In this document: positions 29,044 to 39,357 of the stretch, one piece after another
How the letters are laid out: each line of letters begins with the position of its first letter
How positions within the stretch are numbered: position 1 is the stretch's first letter
Virus record (IMG/VR): IMGVR_UViG_3300032289_002266
Reading direction: 5' to 3' (one strand)
Source of the DNA: an uncultured virus (IMG/VR IMGVR_UViG_3300032289_002266)
Lineage: Duplodnaviria; Heunggongvirae; Uroviricota; Caudoviricetes
DNA: 64,000 bases
Made by a program: the position numbers and the translations under genes
Notes under the pieces: generated by a model
The model's input: only the letters and a program-made list of their open reading frames with translations
Told to the model about the DNA's origin: nothing
Database searches by the model: none

Positions 29044-31970
29044 AAGGAAAGTACTCCTGCGCTTGCGGTTATGGTATATGTACCAGATATGCTATTTATA
29101 TAAGTGAATACCGTATTAGTACTAGTAAAGTTGGTAGTTAAGTATTTCTTATCCGATCTATAGAATTTATTATTTAATATTCTAACATCGTTCTCGTATA
29201 CATCGAATTCTGTATCAAAGACATGGAAATAGTTATTATTATCTACTCCAATGTATGTTATCTTAAAGACATCGTTGAGAGAATTATATGTTAAAGCGGG
29301 TTTCTCAACATTAACAATATTAATGTTGAAGTTATTAGTAAATAGAGCGCTGAGATTAAAACCACTAGATAGTGTAGCTATATCTGTGCTCTTAGGAAAG
29401 ATAACCTCAGATATACCGGTGTTTAAATCGTATTGATATATATTAGGGTATAGAGCCTTACTATTCCTTGCTGAAAGAGAATTAACTTGCTGGATGGTGC
29501 AGAAGGTTAAGGTATTATTCTTTTCGTTGTAGAATTTATTTGAGAATGTACTAATATCTTTACCGGTACGTGAAAATACATTGTTTTTAGTTGATGGTAA
29601 TACAAACTCACCGTCTTCATACATTATTTTATCGATAATTATGTAGTTGTCTGTCTCAACACATATATTATCATAGAAAACTTCAATATTTCTAGGAGTG
29701 TTGTATACCTCGTTCTGTACAGCTTGTGAGTACTTACTGAATATTACATCAAGAGCACTAGATATAGGCTGTGATCGTGCATTTGTTGCATTCTTAACAA
29801 ATATTCTACCTTCGAGCTCGTTCTTATAAGTCATAGCTCTGTAAACATCACTACCAGTAATAGAGCTAACTACAGTTTCACTGTTAGGTAAGAGATTGTT
29901 GTAATATTCGTATTGGCTGCCGTAATTATAATCGTTTACTAACTCCACAGTATCGGTAAAGTACCCACAATCGTAGTTTACTACCGGGTCAGCGTTTAGC
30001 TCGAGAAGAGATTCAGTTAAAACAGATTGATTTGTAGTTTCGGTTATAATAACACCTGTGTTGGGCTTAGTTTCGACAGCATCTACTAAGAGACTGTAAT
30101 AGTAAATATTATTATCTGAACCAGGGTAGCTAGGATTGTCTGTTGAGAGTGGATCAGGTAGCCTTGAACCATTAATAAAGGTAAAACCGCCTGCGTCTCT
30201 AAAAATTCCAACATAGTTTTTACTATCAGCTGTTGTAGTAGAAAATCCTCCTGAATAATTTAACTCTTGATAAGGTAAAAACTCTCTAAAGTATAAGTGA
30301 TATGGAGCTCCACTAAGTAAAAAGCTAGCAGAAAGAGATGGGGAGCTTGGTGGGAAAGGATAATTTACTGTTAATGTAGATAGCCCCGAACGTACTGTAG
30401 TTCCGTCTCTAGATGCTGTAGAATAATCAAAGTCATAACCTTCCACAAAATCATAGAAAGCGTGACCGTTTAATAACAGGTTTAAAATAGGCTGCGTTTC
30501 TATTTGCTCTATTTCTTTAAAAGATTGTCCGAAGCTATCCTTAAACAGAGCATACTCATTACCGTAAATATCTGTCTGGTATTTGGTAATATACCCTTTG
30601 TTAAAGAGGTCATTAAAATTTAAGCTATAAGAAGCGTCTTTAGCTTCCGTTCTTTGTATGGTTTGCTCTCTAGAATAGTAAGGAGAAAAGGTCTGATCAG
30701 TATTTTTAACGTCTGGATCACCAGAAGCAAAAGAAGAAGATACGTTCTTAATATCAGGTCTATTATCGTATGTAAATACTAAAGGATAATCATCCTTCAT
30801 GTTAATCGTTACATTACCATAAACACTTGGGTTAGGGAAGATATAGACCTTATTAGGCTCAAGTCTTCTGCGATCGATGCTATACGTATAGTTGTTAGCG
30901 TTTAATTGAAATATACCAGTCTTATCAGGCTTAAAGAATAGACCTATATCTCTAAGAAGCTTTATTTGATTTGACTCTGCGGTCGGCGTGTATATATTTT
31001 GCAGGTTTTGTAAATTACTAGTTGGATCATTAGCCGTAAACAGAATTCCTGTTACAGGGGGTGAAGAAGTAGTATCGATATAATGCATATCAACACCCGC
31101 GTATTTTTTAAGGTAGTTAATCTTTAGAGAAACTCGCTCGGCGTCTGTAAAGCCTGTCTTATTCTCGCAGTCATTTCTAATTAGCGCTAGTGGATTTGTG
31201 GGGTCGCAAGCGTCACTATAATTTAATATGGTATTAACTGTAAGTGGTATTTCGGTTAAGAAAACATTACTTCTAAAGACATTAAAAGGATCTTCGAAAA
31301 ATAAGTCTGTATCTATATCTTCTCTATTTACAGTGGTGAAGGGATCGGTACCTTTAGGAAGATCAAAATATTCGGAATATACATCAACAAACTCCTGTAT
31401 GTCTATTTTGAGATAAGTTTGTAAAGATGATAGAGAGTAGTTAAGAGAAGCGTAGGTTGGAGTGTCTTGCGACGAGAAAGCATAGTCGTAGATTTTCTCA
31501 AAAAGCGCTTTTTCAACAGATAGTGCAGTTCCCTTTATTTTATTTCTCTCAATTACAAATTTAGCAGTATCTCTCTTATCTTTATAAAATAAAATAACCT
31601 GTCTTATTTTTTCAGTATAAAAAGGAATAGCAACGTCGAGGTCAACAGGATTATTAAAATCTAAAGTTGATAGGAATTTAAGCTCTTGTTGTGTGGAGTA
31701 TGTGATTGTTAGCTCCTTAAGAAAATCAACATACAAGTCTATAAACTCAACCGATCTATCGCTACTTATAGAGTTTTTATAGTTAGCCCACTCTTCAAGA
31801 TAATAAAGATAAAATTTATTATACTGTTCAGGTGAATAATCAACACCGGTATTCGTTATAAACTCTAAAAAACTAAAAGGAGCAGTATTATCCTTAGTAA
31901 TAGAGGTATTTGTATTACTTATTACCGAGTCTTTTATTATAGCATTAGTAAAGACGATCTCACTACTCAT
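29040..31970 (-). CDS. Large baseplate-region structural protein
   Basis: 976-aa ORF in the baseplate operon; late box upstream. Confidence 0.6.
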   Translation of the reverse strand: MSSEIVFTNAIIKDSVISNTNTSITKDNTAPFSFLEFITNTGVDYSPEQYNKFYLYYLEEWANYKNSISSDRSVEFIDLYVDFLKELTITYSTQQELKFLSTLDFNNPVDLDVAIPFYTEKIRQVILFYKDKRDTAKFVIERNKIKGTALSVEKALFEKIYDYAFSSQDTPTYASLNYSLSSLQTYLKIDIQEFVDVYSEYFDLPKGTDPFTTVNREDIDTDLFFEDPFNVFRSNVFLTEIPLTVNTILNYSDACDPTNPLALIRNDCENKTGFTDAERVSLKINYLKKYAGVDMHYIDTTSSPPVTGILFTANDPTSNLQNLQNIYTPTAESNQIKLLRDIGLFFKPDKTGIFQLNANNYTYSIDRRRLEPNKVYIFPNPSVYGNVTINMKDDYPLVFTYDNRPDIKNVSSSFASGDPDVKNTDQTFSPYYSREQTIQRTEAKDASYSLNFNDLFNKGYITKYQTDIYGNEYALFKDSFGQSFKEIEQIETQPILNLLLNGHAFYDFVEGYDFDYSTASRDGTTVRSGLSTLTVNYPFPPSSPSLSASFLLSGAPYHLYFREFLPYQELNYSGGFSTTTADSKNYVGIFRDAGGFTFINGSRLPDPLSTDNPSYPGSDNNIYYYSLLVDAVETKPNTGVIITETTNQSVLTESLLELNADPVVNYDCGYFTDTVELVNDYNYGSQYEYYNNLLPNSETVVSSITGSDVYRAMTYKNELEGRIFVKNATNARSQPISSALDVIFSKYSQAVQNEVYNTPRNIEVFYDNICVETDNYIIIDKIMYEDGEFVLPSTKNNVFSRTGKDISTFSNKFYNEKNNTLTFCTIQQVNSLSARNSKALYPNIYQYDLNTGISEVIFPKSTDIATLSSGFNLSALFTNNFNINIVNVEKPALTYNSLNDVFKITYIGVDNNNYFHVFDTEFDVYENDVRILNNKFYRSDKKYLTTNFTSTNTVFTYINSISGTYTITASAGVLSL

Positions 31971-31995
31971 CCTATATATTTATTTGCTGAAACTA

Positions 31996-34203
31996 TCACA
32001 CAAACAAATTTAGCTTACTATATAGCTTTTGAGCTACTATATTAGAAATTATACCGCTTTCTTGTGACCAAGCTTCATAAGACGAGTTATTAAAACTCAG
32101 AGTTGTATTAGAATCTTCAAAATTTATTATACTATTTTCTATAGTACCGTCTATACCTGGATCGTATTTGTAAAATAGATAGTAAGTAGATAAGACATCA
32201 CCACCACTTTGCGGAATTACTAGATTCCAACCCCAAGAACTGTTATAGCTTGAAAGATAGTATCTATTATTCGATAATAAAGTAATATATGATGCACATA
32301 GAGGTAAGTATGAGTTTAAGTACTTGTACTCACCACTAAATTTTTCAAAAGCAACTAGATCTTGACCCGCCGTGATAATGTGACTAATAGTCACTTCCTC
32401 GCCTAGGTTTTTTCCGTATAGAGGATTGTTTAAGTACCCGAAGCTCTTAAAGTTTTCTTTAAATTTATTTTGTGTTCCGAACAACCGTGAGTGATTTATC
32501 GATAGTAAGTCAATTAACCTTTTTAGTTCTTTAGGCGTGTTGAAGTTATTACTGCTATATTTTGGATCGTTTAAATCAAAGGTTTTAAATATTGATAGAA
32601 GCTGATCTATATTACTATAATCTAACACCGAGTTATTATCTACAAAGTTCTTAATTTTTTCATAGGTGACTTTTCCTATAGAATCTTGTATAGATTCTAT
32701 GTCACCAAATATTGTACCGAGAAAATCATTAAATAGAACGGTTTTATCTAAAAATAAAGGTTGTATTGCTATCTCTTTAAATATTTCTTTAAAATCAATA
32801 TCCTCTCCTTTTTTAGCTATATTATAATACCCACCTGATGGGTATATATTAAAGGTGTTAGATGTTCCCTTTACAGGCGATCCTTGAATGTTGACCGATG
32901 CTGATAGATAAACATTCTCTGCGAGTACATTTGTATGTGGTATAATGTATCCCTTCCAAAAACCACCTTTATCCAGGGAAGACAGAGTACCGAAATCTGA
33001 AAAAATATCGAAACTGTACTGAGTACTGCCGTTAGTTAACTTAAATTCTACAAAATCATCAGGGTACTTTATTAGAGGTATATCTTTTACTGTAAAGTTT
33101 TCCGAGTCTTTAACCTTAATAACGATACCTATTCTGCTTTCAGCAAACTTATTTTTATCTATCGGAAACAGGTTAGGTAAGGTTCCTTCACTGTCTAAAC
33201 CATTAGAAGTTATAGATAATTTTGCGTAGCTGCGATTTTTAGCTGTTGTAGTCTTATAGCCTATAGTATTGGTATTTGAATAGGGTTTTAATTCGCTAGC
33301 ATCAATGCCTAGAAGCACATTAGCTGCCAGTGATGGAAAATCATCCTTATAATATAATAGTCTTGATCCTGTCGTACCACAGAAAAAGGAATCTGCATCT
33401 CCACTAGTAGTTCTTACTATCTGCGTACCTACTAGCTTTATATAAATAGGAGTTGATGTAGTAGTAAATGATGAGACTTCTAAAAACTCTGTGTTTCCAC
33501 TATCTCCTACATTTTGTATAAAGGTAGATGAGTAGGGATATAGATGACCGTAGTGGGTAGTACTAAGCCCGCTATCAAAATAATTTACTGCACTCGCTCC
33601 TGAGACATATGTGATAATACTTACAGGCTTGTCAATATTAAATTTATGAGAAGCTACTTTTGTAGTAATTGATTCCTCAGAAACCGGCTTATTCTTTATC
33701 GGGGGAGTGAAAAAATTATCGCTTTGCTCGTCTGGTGTATAAGGAATTTCATAGTACTGCCAAGATGTAGATCTCGTTACTAGAATAGGTCTTATATATT
33801 TACCTGCTGTTAAGAAAGTATTTGTAGTGTTAGACGCTGATAGAGATAGTGTATCTTGTAAGTAGTTATACACATTTACTTGTTGATAGAAGGTATCATA
33901 GTATCCCTCACCATCACGATCGTAAAGATAACAGGTTACTTTATACCTACCTGGCTCTTTATATGCATGTGTAGCTGTCACCGCTTCAACTGTAGTCCCG
34001 TCACCGAGGTCCCAAACTATCCTTTTTCTTGAGAGTGTGTTCTGTGAGACCGGAATAATACCCGTACCTGTAGAGGTTGATAGAAGATTTAATCTAGGTC
34101 TAAAGCTAAAAGGGGTAAAGGGCAGTGCGTAACTACTAGCGGCAAGAGTACCTGTATAGTTGTAGGTATCAAAATAACTGTATACTGTGTTAATATCACT
34201 CAT
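31996..34203 (-). CDS. Baseplate wedge-region protein with PKD domain (occupies the gp7-like position)
   Basis: WDLGDGT...THAYKEPGRYKVTC; directly follows gp6. Confidence 0.6.
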   Translation of the reverse strand: MSDINTVYSYFDTYNYTGTLAASSYALPFTPFSFRPRLNLLSTSTGTGIIPVSQNTLSRKRIVWDLGDGTTVEAVTATHAYKEPGRYKVTCYLYDRDGEGYYDTFYQQVNVYNYLQDTLSLSASNTTNTFLTAGKYIRPILVTRSTSWQYYEIPYTPDEQSDNFFTPPIKNKPVSEESITTKVASHKFNIDKPVSIITYVSGASAVNYFDSGLSTTHYGHLYPYSSTFIQNVGDSGNTEFLEVSSFTTTSTPIYIKLVGTQIVRTTSGDADSFFCGTTGSRLLYYKDDFPSLAANVLLGIDASELKPYSNTNTIGYKTTTAKNRSYAKLSITSNGLDSEGTLPNLFPIDKNKFAESRIGIVIKVKDSENFTVKDIPLIKYPDDFVEFKLTNGSTQYSFDIFSDFGTLSSLDKGGFWKGYIIPHTNVLAENVYLSASVNIQGSPVKGTSNTFNIYPSGGYYNIAKKGEDIDFKEIFKEIAIQPLFLDKTVLFNDFLGTIFGDIESIQDSIGKVTYEKIKNFVDNNSVLDYSNIDQLLSIFKTFDLNDPKYSSNNFNTPKELKRLIDLLSINHSRLFGTQNKFKENFKSFGYLNNPLYGKNLGEEVTISHIITAGQDLVAFEKFSGEYKYLNSYLPLCASYITLLSNNRYYLSSYNSSWGWNLVIPQSGGDVLSTYYLFYKYDPGIDGTIENSIINFEDSNTTLSFNNSSYEAWSQESGIISNIVAQKLYSKLNLFV

Positions 34204-36007
34204 TTTCTACTATAATTTTCTGTCTAAGTTTGCTTATTTCGTAGAAGAATGCGTATTGAAAAGCCTCAAGAGTATAATTTTGTGAAGTAAATACAACGTC
34301 ATCTTCTTCATATATAGGATTCCACAAAACCATATTTAATTTTGGTACTGTAAAGTTGCTATCTGTTCGTCTGGTTGCTATGTCCTTGACTCCATCTAAG
34401 CTCTTTATATTATTGCTAAGCTCACCTAAATCTATAATCTGACCTAATTGAACTTTATCAAAATAATTCTTTATTGCACTAACAACTCTATCTGTAATTC
34501 TTTCGTTACTTATATTAGAGTTATTGAACTTTTTAATAACTAAAGCTGTTTTATCTCTTAAGTCTATACAAGAATCTTCACCTACCTGTTGTAGTCCAAT
34601 ATCAAATGCTTTATAAATTGGATCCACACATACAACGTTATGTGTTATATCTTTTTTATTACTACATTGGTTTATAATCAGTTGCTTTTGAGCTGAATTT
34701 AAATAGTTGGGAAGTGTTTCGTTAATTATAGTTGCTGTTTTGGGTACGCAAAACAAATAGACATTGTTAAAAGAGGTTGAATTTGAAAATGCAACCTGAT
34801 TGAACAGAACTCTCGTATCGTTGTTAGGCTTATTCAACCCTATAGTGTAGAAATATTTTAAGAATCTAGACGTATACTGGGTATTATCTAAAACACTAAC
34901 ACTCTTAACAACTATATTGTAATTTCTTTCTACAAAGTCTCTATAATCGTCTCCTGTAACCAGTCTATTCTGGGAAGCAAATAGCTTAGGAGCATTTTTT
35001 CTTATATCATCTACCGTTTCTGCATCAGATATAGGGGAAGATGCATTTGGATTGTTTGCTATCAAGTTAGGTAGTTGCGATATTGGCAGTAATGTAACAG
35101 AACTATTGTATATGTTACTAGCAATAGAATTAAATGTGATAGAGTTGTAAAAGGAAAATTGATTTCCTGCCATTAAATTTGCTCCAACCACGCCATTAGT
35201 ACCGTTAGATGTTACGTAGTAGATTTGTACACGGTCATTAACTTTAAGCTTTAATCCGTTAATATCGTTACCGAATTTAAACTCGTAATTACCGTTCTCG
35301 TTAAGTCTCTTTTCGTATCTCTTTGCTGATCCATCTTCTAAAAATAGAGAAGCAGTTTCTTGCCACTCTGACCAGAGCTGTGTTGCGGTGTCATATACGA
35401 ATAACGAAAAGGAGTTATCTGAAACAAATGTAGTACTATTGCTGATAGGTGAATTATCTACTATAGTTACCACCTCAAAGGTTTCGCCTGTTGCTGTATA
35501 GGTAGGATATTCTGTAATACTTCCCTGATATGCAAAGCTGTTATCCACGAATAATTTTTCCGGTGCACCTGTAGTAGTCTTTTCAAAATTAACATCTCTA
35601 GTAATTACAAATGTTTGTCCTCCGGCGTTTATAGAAGAGAATCTTGGTAGAGTGTAGACGCCTGCTGTCATAGACGCGTTACCTGATAAAGACATTACTG
35701 CTAGAGATGTTTGCTTACCTACCGGCTTATATCCGATATTACTAACAATCTTGTTCATGTTTTCATACAAGGATGCTGTAGTAAATGTAGATTCGGAGGA
35801 AGTAGTATTTAAATAGAATAAGAGCACATGATACATGTAAGCTACCACATCTATAAACGCGTTAATATTAGAGCCTTCATATACTTGATCTCTAAATACT
35901 TCGCTCTCACCTAAGCGAGCTATAATTAGATCCTTTAATGTCGTAGCATCAAAGGTCGTGTATGCATCTCTAGGTAGGCTATATTCTGTAAAGTTTTTAA
36001 TATTCAT
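34196..36007 (-). CDS. gp6: Baseplate wedge protein (T4 gp6-like)
   Basis: YEGSNI..IDVVAY, ESTFTTA, IGYKP, FKFGND, ETVDDIRKNAPKLFASQNRLVTGDDY. Confidence 0.9.
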   Translation of the reverse strand: MNIKNFTEYSLPRDAYTTFDATTLKDLIIARLGESEVFRDQVYEGSNINAFIDVVAYMYHVLLFYLNTTSSESTFTTASLYENMNKIVSNIGYKPVGKQTSLAVMSLSGNASMTAGVYTLPRFSSINAGGQTFVITRDVNFEKTTTGAPEKLFVDNSFAYQGSITEYPTYTATGETFEVVTIVDNSPISNSTTFVSDNSFSLFVYDTATQLWSEWQETASLFLEDGSAKRYEKRLNENGNYEFKFGNDINGLKLKVNDRVQIYYVTSNGTNGVVGANLMAGNQFSFYNSITFNSIASNIYNSSVTLLPISQLPNLIANNPNASSPISDAETVDDIRKNAPKLFASQNRLVTGDDYRDFVERNYNIVVKSVSVLDNTQYTSRFLKYFYTIGLNKPNNDTRVLFNQVAFSNSTSFNNVYLFCVPKTATIINETLPNYLNSAQKQLIINQCSNKKDITHNVVCVDPIYKAFDIGLQQVGEDSCIDLRDKTALVIKKFNNSNISNERITDRVVSAIKNYFDKVQLGQIIDLGELSNNIKSLDGVKDIATRRTDSNFTVPKLNMVLWNPIYEEDDVVFTSQNYTLEAFQYAFFYEISKLRQKIIVENE

Positions 36008-36492
36008 TATACAAAGACGTATCCATCATTATTTAATACACCATTCAATGTTATACTAGGTATATTTAGAGATGGTATGCCTATATCTAAGTTAATAGTA
36101 TATTCCTGCTCTTCAGCATTAACTATTACTTCAATGTAATTAATTTCTATTCTTTCCTCCTGAAGAGGTAAGCCAGTAAATATTTCTTCACCAATAAAGT
36201 ATCCCTTGGTCTCCGTTACCGATTCAAATAAATAGTCTCTCAAGTCGAGTCCAAATTCAGGATTTAATAGCTTTTCGCCTGGTGATGTGGTGAGAATATT
36301 CTTTAAAGAGTTTATAACTGAATTGACATCGTATAAAGCTGCTAAGTCTTTCTTTTCTCTATTAGAGTACAGTTGTTTATTAGTACTATAACCGTATTGT
36401 AAATCAAAATCTATATCTTTATATAGATACCCCTGCTGCAATGCAGTTTCGACCGCTGTGGTAGGTTTAATTACGTTTAATTTAATTGCCAT
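36007..36492 (-). CDS. gp25: Baseplate wedge subunit (gp25-like)
   Basis: YKDIDFD, NSLKNILTTSPGEKLLNPEFGLDLRDYLFE. Confidence 0.9.
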   Translation of the reverse strand: MAIKLNVIKPTTAVETALQQGYLYKDIDFDLQYGYSTNKQLYSNREKKDLAALYDVNSVINSLKNILTTSPGEKLLNPEFGLDLRDYLFESVTETKGYFIGEEIFTGLPLQEERIEINYIEVIVNAEEQEYTINLDIGIPSLNIPSITLNGVLNNDGYVFV

Positions 36493-36649
36493 AACGCTCG
36501 ATTATTAGGTTAAAGGTTTTATTGAAGTTGCTCTCTACCATATAAAGTTTCTTGAGGTATTTTTTAGCTCTAGACACGCTATTAGAACAGCCTACCTTTT
36601 TACCAGTATCTCTTCTATAAACGCATTTACCTTTTCGTATATAGGGCAT
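36482..36649 (-). CDS. Small basic Cys-containing protein (55 aa), absent from the ORF track
   Basis: Hand translation MPYIRKGKCVYRRDTGKKVGCSNSVSRAKKYLKKLYMVESNFNKTFNLIIERYGN. Confidence 0.6.
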   Translation of the reverse strand: MPYIRKGKCVYRRDTGKKVGCSNSVSRAKKYLKKLYMVESNFNKTFNLIIERYGN

Positions 36650-36650
36650 A

Positions 36651-36827
36651 TTATTTTATCTTTCCTTTACGCTTTACACACTTTTGTACATATCCAGACG
36701 CATAGGCACTAGGCCATACATCATATTTAGCCTTAGCTTTGGATTGGCACTTCTTTCTTAGAGATGACTTACGTCTTTTAGTATATTTCTCTAAAATTAA
36801 TTTATACATATTATTAAACTCGTTCAT
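36651..36827 (-). CDS. Small basic protein (58 aa), absent from the ORF track
   Basis: Hand translation MNEFNNMYKLILEKYTKRRKSSLRKKCQSKAKAKYDVWPSAYASGYVQKCVKRKGKIK. Confidence 0.7.
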   Translation of the reverse strand: MNEFNNMYKLILEKYTKRRKSSLRKKCQSKAKAKYDVWPSAYASGYVQKCVKRKGKIK

Positions 36828-36828
36828 A

Positions 36829-37071
36829 TTAGTCTTTTTTTCCCTTCCATGAAACTCTTTTTGAGCTTTTTTTAGTATACATTTTTCCTTTTATTTTTTT
36901 ACACTGCGCTTTAGTAGGGCGACAAGCAGGGTATGAGCCCTTAGAAGTATCAGCTCTCCCGCAAGGCCCTCCAGTTTTGCAGTTTATCCAACCACGAAAC
37001 TTTTTACCTTTTTTATCTGTGTGAGGCTTAAACCAGTCTCTAAGATTTTCTAAAAGTTCTACTTGTGTCAT
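36829..37071 (-). CDS. Small basic Cys-rich protein (80 aa)
   Basis: Start reassigned to MTQVELLE (37071), which removes the overlap; LRDWF...CGR...YPACRP. Confidence 0.7.
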   Translation of the reverse strand: MTQVELLENLRDWFKPHTDKKGKKFRGWINCKTGGPCGRADTSKGSYPACRPTKAQCKKIKGKMYTKKSSKRVSWKGKKD

Positions 37072-37072
37072 A

Positions 37073-37342
37073 TTACCAGTTTTTACATGAAAAATATCTA
37101 GCCGTTCCCGGCTTTGCGGTAGAGCATTTGTGTCGAGCTCTAAATGATTTGCGGCGTTTTGGATTAGATTTTTTAATCCTAAGATTAGGATCGCCATAAT
37201 GCACTCGCTTATAGCCAGTCTTTGTTTTTACACATCTCATGTATTTTTTATCTGATCTAGTAGATGATTGCTGGCCTGTTACCTTGGTGCATCTAGCAGA
37301 CTTTTCTAAAAGAATTTCTTCAACTAACAAATCAAATTCCAT
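37073..37342 (-). CDS. Small basic Cys-rich protein
   Basis: VHYGDPNLRIKKSNPKRRKSFRARHKC...ARYFSCKNW; CATAAATA box 5 nt upstream. Confidence 0.75.
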   Translation of the reverse strand: MEFDLLVEEILLEKSARCTKVTGQQSSTRSDKKYMRCVKTKTGYKRVHYGDPNLRIKKSNPKRRKSFRARHKCSTAKPGTARYFSCKNW

Positions 37343-37360
37343 ATAATTATTTATGTTCGG

Positions 37361-37368
37361 TATAAATA
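37361..37368 (+). promoter_or_regulatory. T4-type late promoter box TATAAATA, back-to-back with a minus-strand CATAAATA
   Basis: Lies 5 nt before the ATG at 37374. Confidence 0.6.
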
Positions 37369-37373
37369 ATAGT

Positions 37374-37955
37374 ATGGCTAAAAAGTATCTTACACTGGTA
37401 GAGGCATACCTTAGTAGATTTCAACGCGGTGGATTCCTCGTTGGTGATGTTTTTAAATTTAACGATAATTTTAAGACTCTTGACTGTTACAAAAAATTAG
37501 GGCAAAACGTTAAAGATATGATCGATCAAATGATCGAAACAGGTCTTAATGTTAGAGTTGTGGGTATCAAAGATACTACTTCTCCTAGATATCCGGGGAA
37601 TCCACAAACATCATCTAGCGATGTTGAGCTCACACTAGCCCTTGATACAGGCGGTGGTAGATATACAAATTATATTAACATCTCACCTGAGATGGGTCAG
37701 CCGCTTGATATCTACCCTAACCTACCTCCGATTCCTGATGAAGTAGTACGCAAGAATAAGGTAAATATTAAGCCTGAGGAGCTAGAAAAGATGGATAATG
37801 TAGCTAATAAGACAGATAGAGGTACCGGAGCTTATATGGATACTGAAAGATCGCTTGCTAAGGATAATACAGTACTTCCTTCAGTTCAAGCGACTCCTTC
37901 ACCTGCCGTTACTTCATACACCCACGAGTATCTCAAGGATCTAGCTAAAGCCTAA
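37374..37955 (+). CDS. Hypothetical late protein
   Basis: Start reassigned to 37374 (MAKKYLT) from the late box position. Confidence 0.65.
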   Translation: MAKKYLTLVEAYLSRFQRGGFLVGDVFKFNDNFKTLDCYKKLGQNVKDMIDQMIETGLNVRVVGIKDTTSPRYPGNPQTSSSDVELTLALDTGGGRYTNYINISPEMGQPLDIYPNLPPIPDEVVRKNKVNIKPEELEKMDNVANKTDRGTGAYMDTERSLAKDNTVLPSVQATPSPAVTSYTHEYLKDLAKA

Positions 37956-38875
37956 GATACTCTTTCGAGGCTAATCCAACAAGCAAAGCAGTTAATTTCT
38001 TTGTCTAAAACGAATGCAGACTTGTATAAATGATCAGCAATAACAGCGATCATCTCTTTCTTTTTAAGATCTTGTACTGGTTGATTATATAGATAGTTAA
38101 GATAATCGCGCATTAGTGTATCATAATCACCATAGAACGAATTCTCATTCTCGATAAGGTGCTTTCTAAGTGAAATAACATCCTTCTGCTCAATAGCTGT
38201 ATAAATTGCGTTAAGTAAGGAATTATCTACATTAATAGCAGTAATAGCTAACGATCCATTAATACAATTCTTCTGAATCTCGTTAATAGCCTTGCGAAGA
38301 TCCGGGAAGTTAGCTTTTACAAGCTCTACAAACTTCTTCTTCTGTGCATCATCTATTTCAATACCTTCTTGTTTAAGAATACTGTATATTCTCTTTACTC
38401 CGTCTTCTAGTGTGGGCTTGATATCAAGAAACTGACATCTCGACTGTAAGGCAGGAATGATCTTATGCTTATAGTTAGCTGTAAGAATAAATCGGGTATA
38501 TTTAGCAAAGGACTCCATCGTATTACGAAGAGCTGCTTGCGCTTGACTTGTAAGTCCATCACACTCGTCTAGAATAACCACCTTAACCTTACCATCAAAC
38601 GACTTAGTTTGTGAAAAGTTAGTTACTTTATGCCTGATTGTATCAATACCTGATTCGTCAGATGCATTAATATATAGAAAGTTACACTTAAGAATATCAT
38701 TTACAATGATTCTTGCCAAAGTTGTCTTCCCTGTACCAGGTGTGCCTACAAACAAAAGGTTTGGGATCTCATCCACAAAGCCTTTAACAATATCTTTATT
38801 CCTCTCAGATAAGATAATATCATCTAACGTTGTCGGCCTATACCGCTCCACCCAAATTTTTGCGAAATCTAACAT
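37952..38875 (-). CDS. gp44: Clamp loader AAA+ subunit (T4 gp44 / RFC-small-like)
   Basis: WVERYRP, GTPGTGKTT, INASDESGID, ILDECD, LQSRC, FPDLRK; start set at MLDFAK. Confidence 0.93.
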   Translation of the reverse strand: MLDFAKIWVERYRPTTLDDIILSERNKDIVKGFVDEIPNLLFVGTPGTGKTTLARIIVNDILKCNFLYINASDESGIDTIRHKVTNFSQTKSFDGKVKVVILDECDGLTSQAQAALRNTMESFAKYTRFILTANYKHKIIPALQSRCQFLDIKPTLEDGVKRIYSILKQEGIEIDDAQKKKFVELVKANFPDLRKAINEIQKNCINGSLAITAINVDNSLLNAIYTAIEQKDVISLRKHLIENENSFYGDYDTLMRDYLNYLYNQPVQDLKKKEMIAVIADHLYKSAFVLDKEINCFACWISLERVS

Positions 38876-38876
38876 A

Positions 38877-39308
38877 TTATTTACCTGATGAACCAAAACC
38901 ACTAGCACCTCTGTCTGATTCGACAGTATCACCTTCTTCTACAGCTACATCATAGTTTTTATATACTACAAACTGCGCGATTCTATCTCCAGACTTAACT
39001 TCGTAGTCAGTATCAGTGTTATTATATAATTTTACACCGGCGTTTCCGCGATAACCACTATCAATAATACCAGGGTGAGGTGAAATTCCGTATTTGAAAC
39101 CTAAACCACTACGCCCCTCAATCTTAACCCAGTAACCAGGAGAGATAAATGCAAACTCTAAACCTACACCAACAACAGCACTGCCTCTAGCAGGAATATG
39201 CTTATCTTCTACGCAATATACATCAAAACCTGTATCAGATTCGTTATTTTTAGTAGGTAGCTTAGCATTAGCGTTAGTTTTCTTAAATTTTAATGTAACT
39301 TCACTCAT
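38877..39308 (-). CDS. dut: dUTPase (trimeric)
   Basis: GFDV, GRSGL, GIIDSGYRG, GDRIAQ, RGASGFGSSG. Confidence 0.96.
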   Translation of the reverse strand: MSEVTLKFKKTNANAKLPTKNNESDTGFDVYCVEDKHIPARGSAVVGVGLEFAFISPGYWVKIEGRSGLGFKYGISPHPGIIDSGYRGNAGVKLYNNTDTDYEVKSGDRIAQFVVYKNYDVAVEEGDTVESDRGASGFGSSGK

Positions 39309-39314
39309 AAAAAT

Positions 39315-39342
39315 ATTATATTATTTGATATATAGAAATCAA
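39315..39342 (-). promoter_or_regulatory. Sigma70-like promoter TTGATT-N16-TATAAT
   Basis: Ends 6 nt before the dUTPase ATG. Confidence 0.6.
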
Positions 39343-39357
39343 GACTAAATATAGCGT

